33,743 nt of DNA from NCBI GenBank assembly GCA_029933705.1, contig JAOZNQ010000003.1, forward strand, positions 1 to 33,743, given 5' to 3'. The notes under the pieces were generated by a model, which was not told where the DNA came from, searched no databases, and was given only the letters and a program-made list of their open reading frames with translations. Position 1 is the first letter of the stretch. The number at the start of each line of letters is the position of its first letter. Shown here in pieces: positions 31,972 through 33,743 of this stretch. The stretch is from a bacterium. Its GTDB lineage: Bacteria > Hydrothermota > Tepidihabitantia > SM23-42. Made by a program: the position numbers and the translations under genes.

Positions 31972-33420
31972 ATGATTAAAAAGAAAGCCCTTATTTCTGT
32001 GGCCGATAAGAATGGTATCGTTGAATTTGCCCGGTCATTAAAAGAGGCCGATTTTGCCCTGATCGCGACCGGGGGAACTCAGAGGTTATTGTCAGAAAAT
32101 GGTATTGAGGCGGTCAAGATCGCTGATTATACCGGTGGAACTGAGAGTGAGCGGGTGAAGACATTGAGTCAACGTGTGGCAAAGGAGATTCTTGAAACAG
32201 GTGAGATCGGTCTGGTTGTTTGCAATCTATATCCGTTCTATGCGCAGAAAGATAAAACTATAGAGGAAATGGTTGAGTTCATCGATATCGGTGGTGTGAC
32301 ATTGATTCGTGCTGCAGCAAAAAATTATAAGCAGGTTGCGGTCTTGTTCGACCCTAAACAGTATGCTGGCTTCATCGAAGTTCTGAAAAGTGATCAGCTG
32401 GATGAGGAGTATCGACTCAATCTGGCACGTCAGGCATTCGATTATATCGCCTGGTATGATTGTGTGATTGCAGAGTATTTTGGACCACCATCTGCGGATA
32501 AACAGTTTTTCTCACTCGGAGCTGAGAAATTTTTACCATTGCGCTATGGTGAAAATCCTCATCAGCATGCCGCCTTCTATCTCAACCCCTTATATCGCGA
32601 TGGATTTAAGGTTCTGGGAGGAAAACAGATTTCTTATAATAATATCCTCGATGCCGAGGTGGCGTTCGGAGCGGCAAATGAGTTTACTGACCATATTGCC
32701 TGTGCAATCATTAAACACCAAACACCCTGTGGTGTTGCATTGGGTGATACTCAGGCCGAGGCATTTGAACGTGCCTATATGGCGGATTCCTTATCCGCCT
32801 TCGGTGGAATTGTGGGTTTAAATCGTAAGGTTGAACCTGAGACCGCGGAGTTGATCCGGAAACATTTTTTTGAGGTTGTGATTGCTCCATACTTTGAAGA
32901 GAAGTCACTTGAGATTTTGAAGACCAAGAAGAATCTGAGATTGGTGGAGTTATCACCGAGGTTGATTCAGGATGTAGTTTATCGGCCTGTCTTTAGCGGA
33001 ATTCTGGTTCAGGAGCGAGACCGCGCTGATCTCAAAGACTGGGAAGTGGTAACTAAACGTGCACCCAATGACTACGAAACCTCGGCTTTGAAATTTGCCT
33101 GGAAGGTGGTTAAATGGACAAAGTCTAATTCTGTTGTTTTTGCAGTCAGGGGCAGAACCGTGGGTATCGGGGCAGGACAGACATCAAGGGTTGGGGCAGT
33201 AGAGATCGCTGCAGGCAGGTCAATCACCAGGAGTGCAGGTATTGTAATGGCGTCAGATGCATTTTTCCCATTTCGGGATGGCGTTGATAAGGCTGCTGAG
33301 GCAGGAGTTACCGCAGTGATTCAACCCGGTGGTTCCAAGCGGGATCAGGAGGTGATAGATGCCTGTAATGAGCGCGATATGGCGATGGTCTTTACCCATA
33401 TAAGGCATTTCAGGCATTGA
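31972..33420 (+). CDS. purH: Bifunctional AICAR transformylase / IMP cyclohydrolase
   Basis: MGS-like N-terminus KKALISVADKNGIVEFA...TGGT...RVKTL...NLYPF...DIGGVTLIRAAAKN, and a C-terminal AICARFT part GENPHQ...SDAFFPF.DG. It starts 2 nt after apgM. Confidence 0.93.
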   Translation: MIKKKALISVADKNGIVEFARSLKEADFALIATGGTQRLLSENGIEAVKIADYTGGTESERVKTLSQRVAKEILETGEIGLVVCNLYPFYAQKDKTIEEMVEFIDIGGVTLIRAAAKNYKQVAVLFDPKQYAGFIEVLKSDQLDEEYRLNLARQAFDYIAWYDCVIAEYFGPPSADKQFFSLGAEKFLPLRYGENPHQHAAFYLNPLYRDGFKVLGGKQISYNNILDAEVAFGAANEFTDHIACAIIKHQTPCGVALGDTQAEAFERAYMADSLSAFGGIVGLNRKVEPETAELIRKHFFEVVIAPYFEEKSLEILKTKKNLRLVELSPRLIQDVVYRPVFSGILVQERDRADLKDWEVVTKRAPNDYETSALKFAWKVVKWTKSNSVVFAVRGRTVGIGAGQTSRVGAVEIAAGRSITRSAGIVMASDAFFPFRDGVDKAAEAGVTAVIQPGGSKRDQEVIDACNERDMAMVFTHIRHFRH

Positions 33421-33570
33421 AAAAATTATTTTATTGAATCACTACCGCATTCGTTCGCATCTTACCTGAGTCCTCTCCACTTTTTTCAAAAGCCCTATAG
33501 AATTAACTGTATTAGTATTCTGGTTATTCAGAGATGCTGAAATGAATTCAGCATGACAGAGGAAAGGCAT

Positions 33571-33625
33571 TTCGGAATTAAAAAAGAAGATGTTACCCTG
33601 AACCCCATTTCAGGGTCTCAAAATT
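33571..33625 (+). repeat. Intergenic hairpin repeat, copy B (core)
   Basis: TTCGGAATTAAAAAAGAAGATGTTACCCTGAACCCCATTTCAGGGTCTCAAAATT aligns with 11663-11715. It carries an 8-bp hairpin, ACCCTGAA-CCCCAT-TTCAGGGT. An upstream ATTCTGG anchor (33517) and a second hairpin, ATGCTGAA-ATGAA-TTCAGCAT (33533-33553), are also present. Confidence 0.6.
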
Positions 33626-33648
33626 AAGTTAAAAGGAAAAAGTTAAAA

Positions 33649-33676
33649 GTGATTAAAAAATCGCTTTGACTATATT
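33649..33676 (+). promoter_or_regulatory. Promoter-like site facing the GC-rich hairpins at the window edge
   Basis: GTGATT (33649-33654), 16-nt spacer, TATATT (33671-33676). The 16-nt spacer geometry matches the other promoters here, but the -35 box is weaker. Confidence 0.3.
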
Positions 33677-33686
33677 TTTCTTCAGC

Positions 33687-33738
33687 CCGCAGGGCGTCCT
33701 CGCCCTGCGGAACCAAATCTATCGGGGCGAGACGCCCC
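33687..33738 (+). other. Two GC-rich perfect hairpins (unidentified structured element, truncated by the window end)
   Basis: CCGCAGGGCG-TCCT-CGCCCTGCGG (33687-33710) and GGGGCG-AGA-CGCCCC (33724-33738) sit in an otherwise AT-rich spacer. Neither strand has a flanking T-tract. Confidence 0.4.
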
Positions 33739-33743
33739 TTGGC

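Noticed and set aside
33687-33743. A possible CRISPR repeat, or the start of an array.
   Set aside because: Only one copy of each hairpin is visible, there is no repeat-spacer periodicity, and there are no cas genes in the window. It is kept only as an open alternative under the edge finding and is not called as a CRISPR feature.
1-33743. A window-wide search for mobile elements, prophage genes, toxin-antitoxin pairs, restriction-modification systems or other defence systems.
   Set aside because: No integrase, transposase, recombinase, nuclease/methylase pair, or short bicistronic TA-like ORFs could be recognised. Gene content and compact co-directional operons look like core chromosome.

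Overview
This is a moderately AT-rich chromosomal segment. It looks like an uncultured Gram-negative bacterium of the FCB/WOR-3 type: three proteins end in T9SS/Por C-terminal sorting domains, and the promoters are classical TTGACA/TATAAT. About 40 genes are tightly packed and mostly housekeeping. In order they are: a mutM-like glycosylase, an ATP-dependent DNA ligase and a DUF3795 protein; rtcA; sucCD; a five-gene DUF2089/SHOCT/Toastrack/small-TM operon; an outer-membrane/TPR gene that looks split by a frameshift; a priming sugar transferase; uppS-cdsA-rarA plus a geranylgeranyl-reductase-family gene; two convergent T9SS cargo genes; tRNA-Gly and tRNA-Cys; ribBA-ribH-nusB plus a metallophosphoesterase; grpE-dnaK-dnaJ-rsmE; cca; an S4-protein/pdxA/TolB-like operon; and apgM-purH. 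I found no transposase, integrase, CRISPR array or recognisable defence gene. The points worth a second look are listed here. (1) The DUF2089 / LiaI-LiaF-TM / SHOCT / Toastrack operon at 6528-8461 resembles a Psp/Lia-type envelope-stress module but has no PspA, PspC or kinase. It includes two small membrane ORFs that the ORF track misses. (2) A glycosylase-ligase-Cys-rich-protein operon sits next to a decayed DUF2284 gene and rtcA. (3) At least nine operon-first genes start 5-7 nt after a consensus -10 box, which implies leaderless mRNAs and corrects several ORF-track starts. (4) A ~55-nt hairpin-containing intergenic repeat occurs twice, 22 kb apart. (5) A promoter-like site followed by two GC-rich hairpins is cut by the window end. 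(6) There are two gene remnants, one probable frameshift, and a tRNA-Cys with an unusual D-loop/T-loop pair. All family assignments come from motif recognition by eye. No database search was run.
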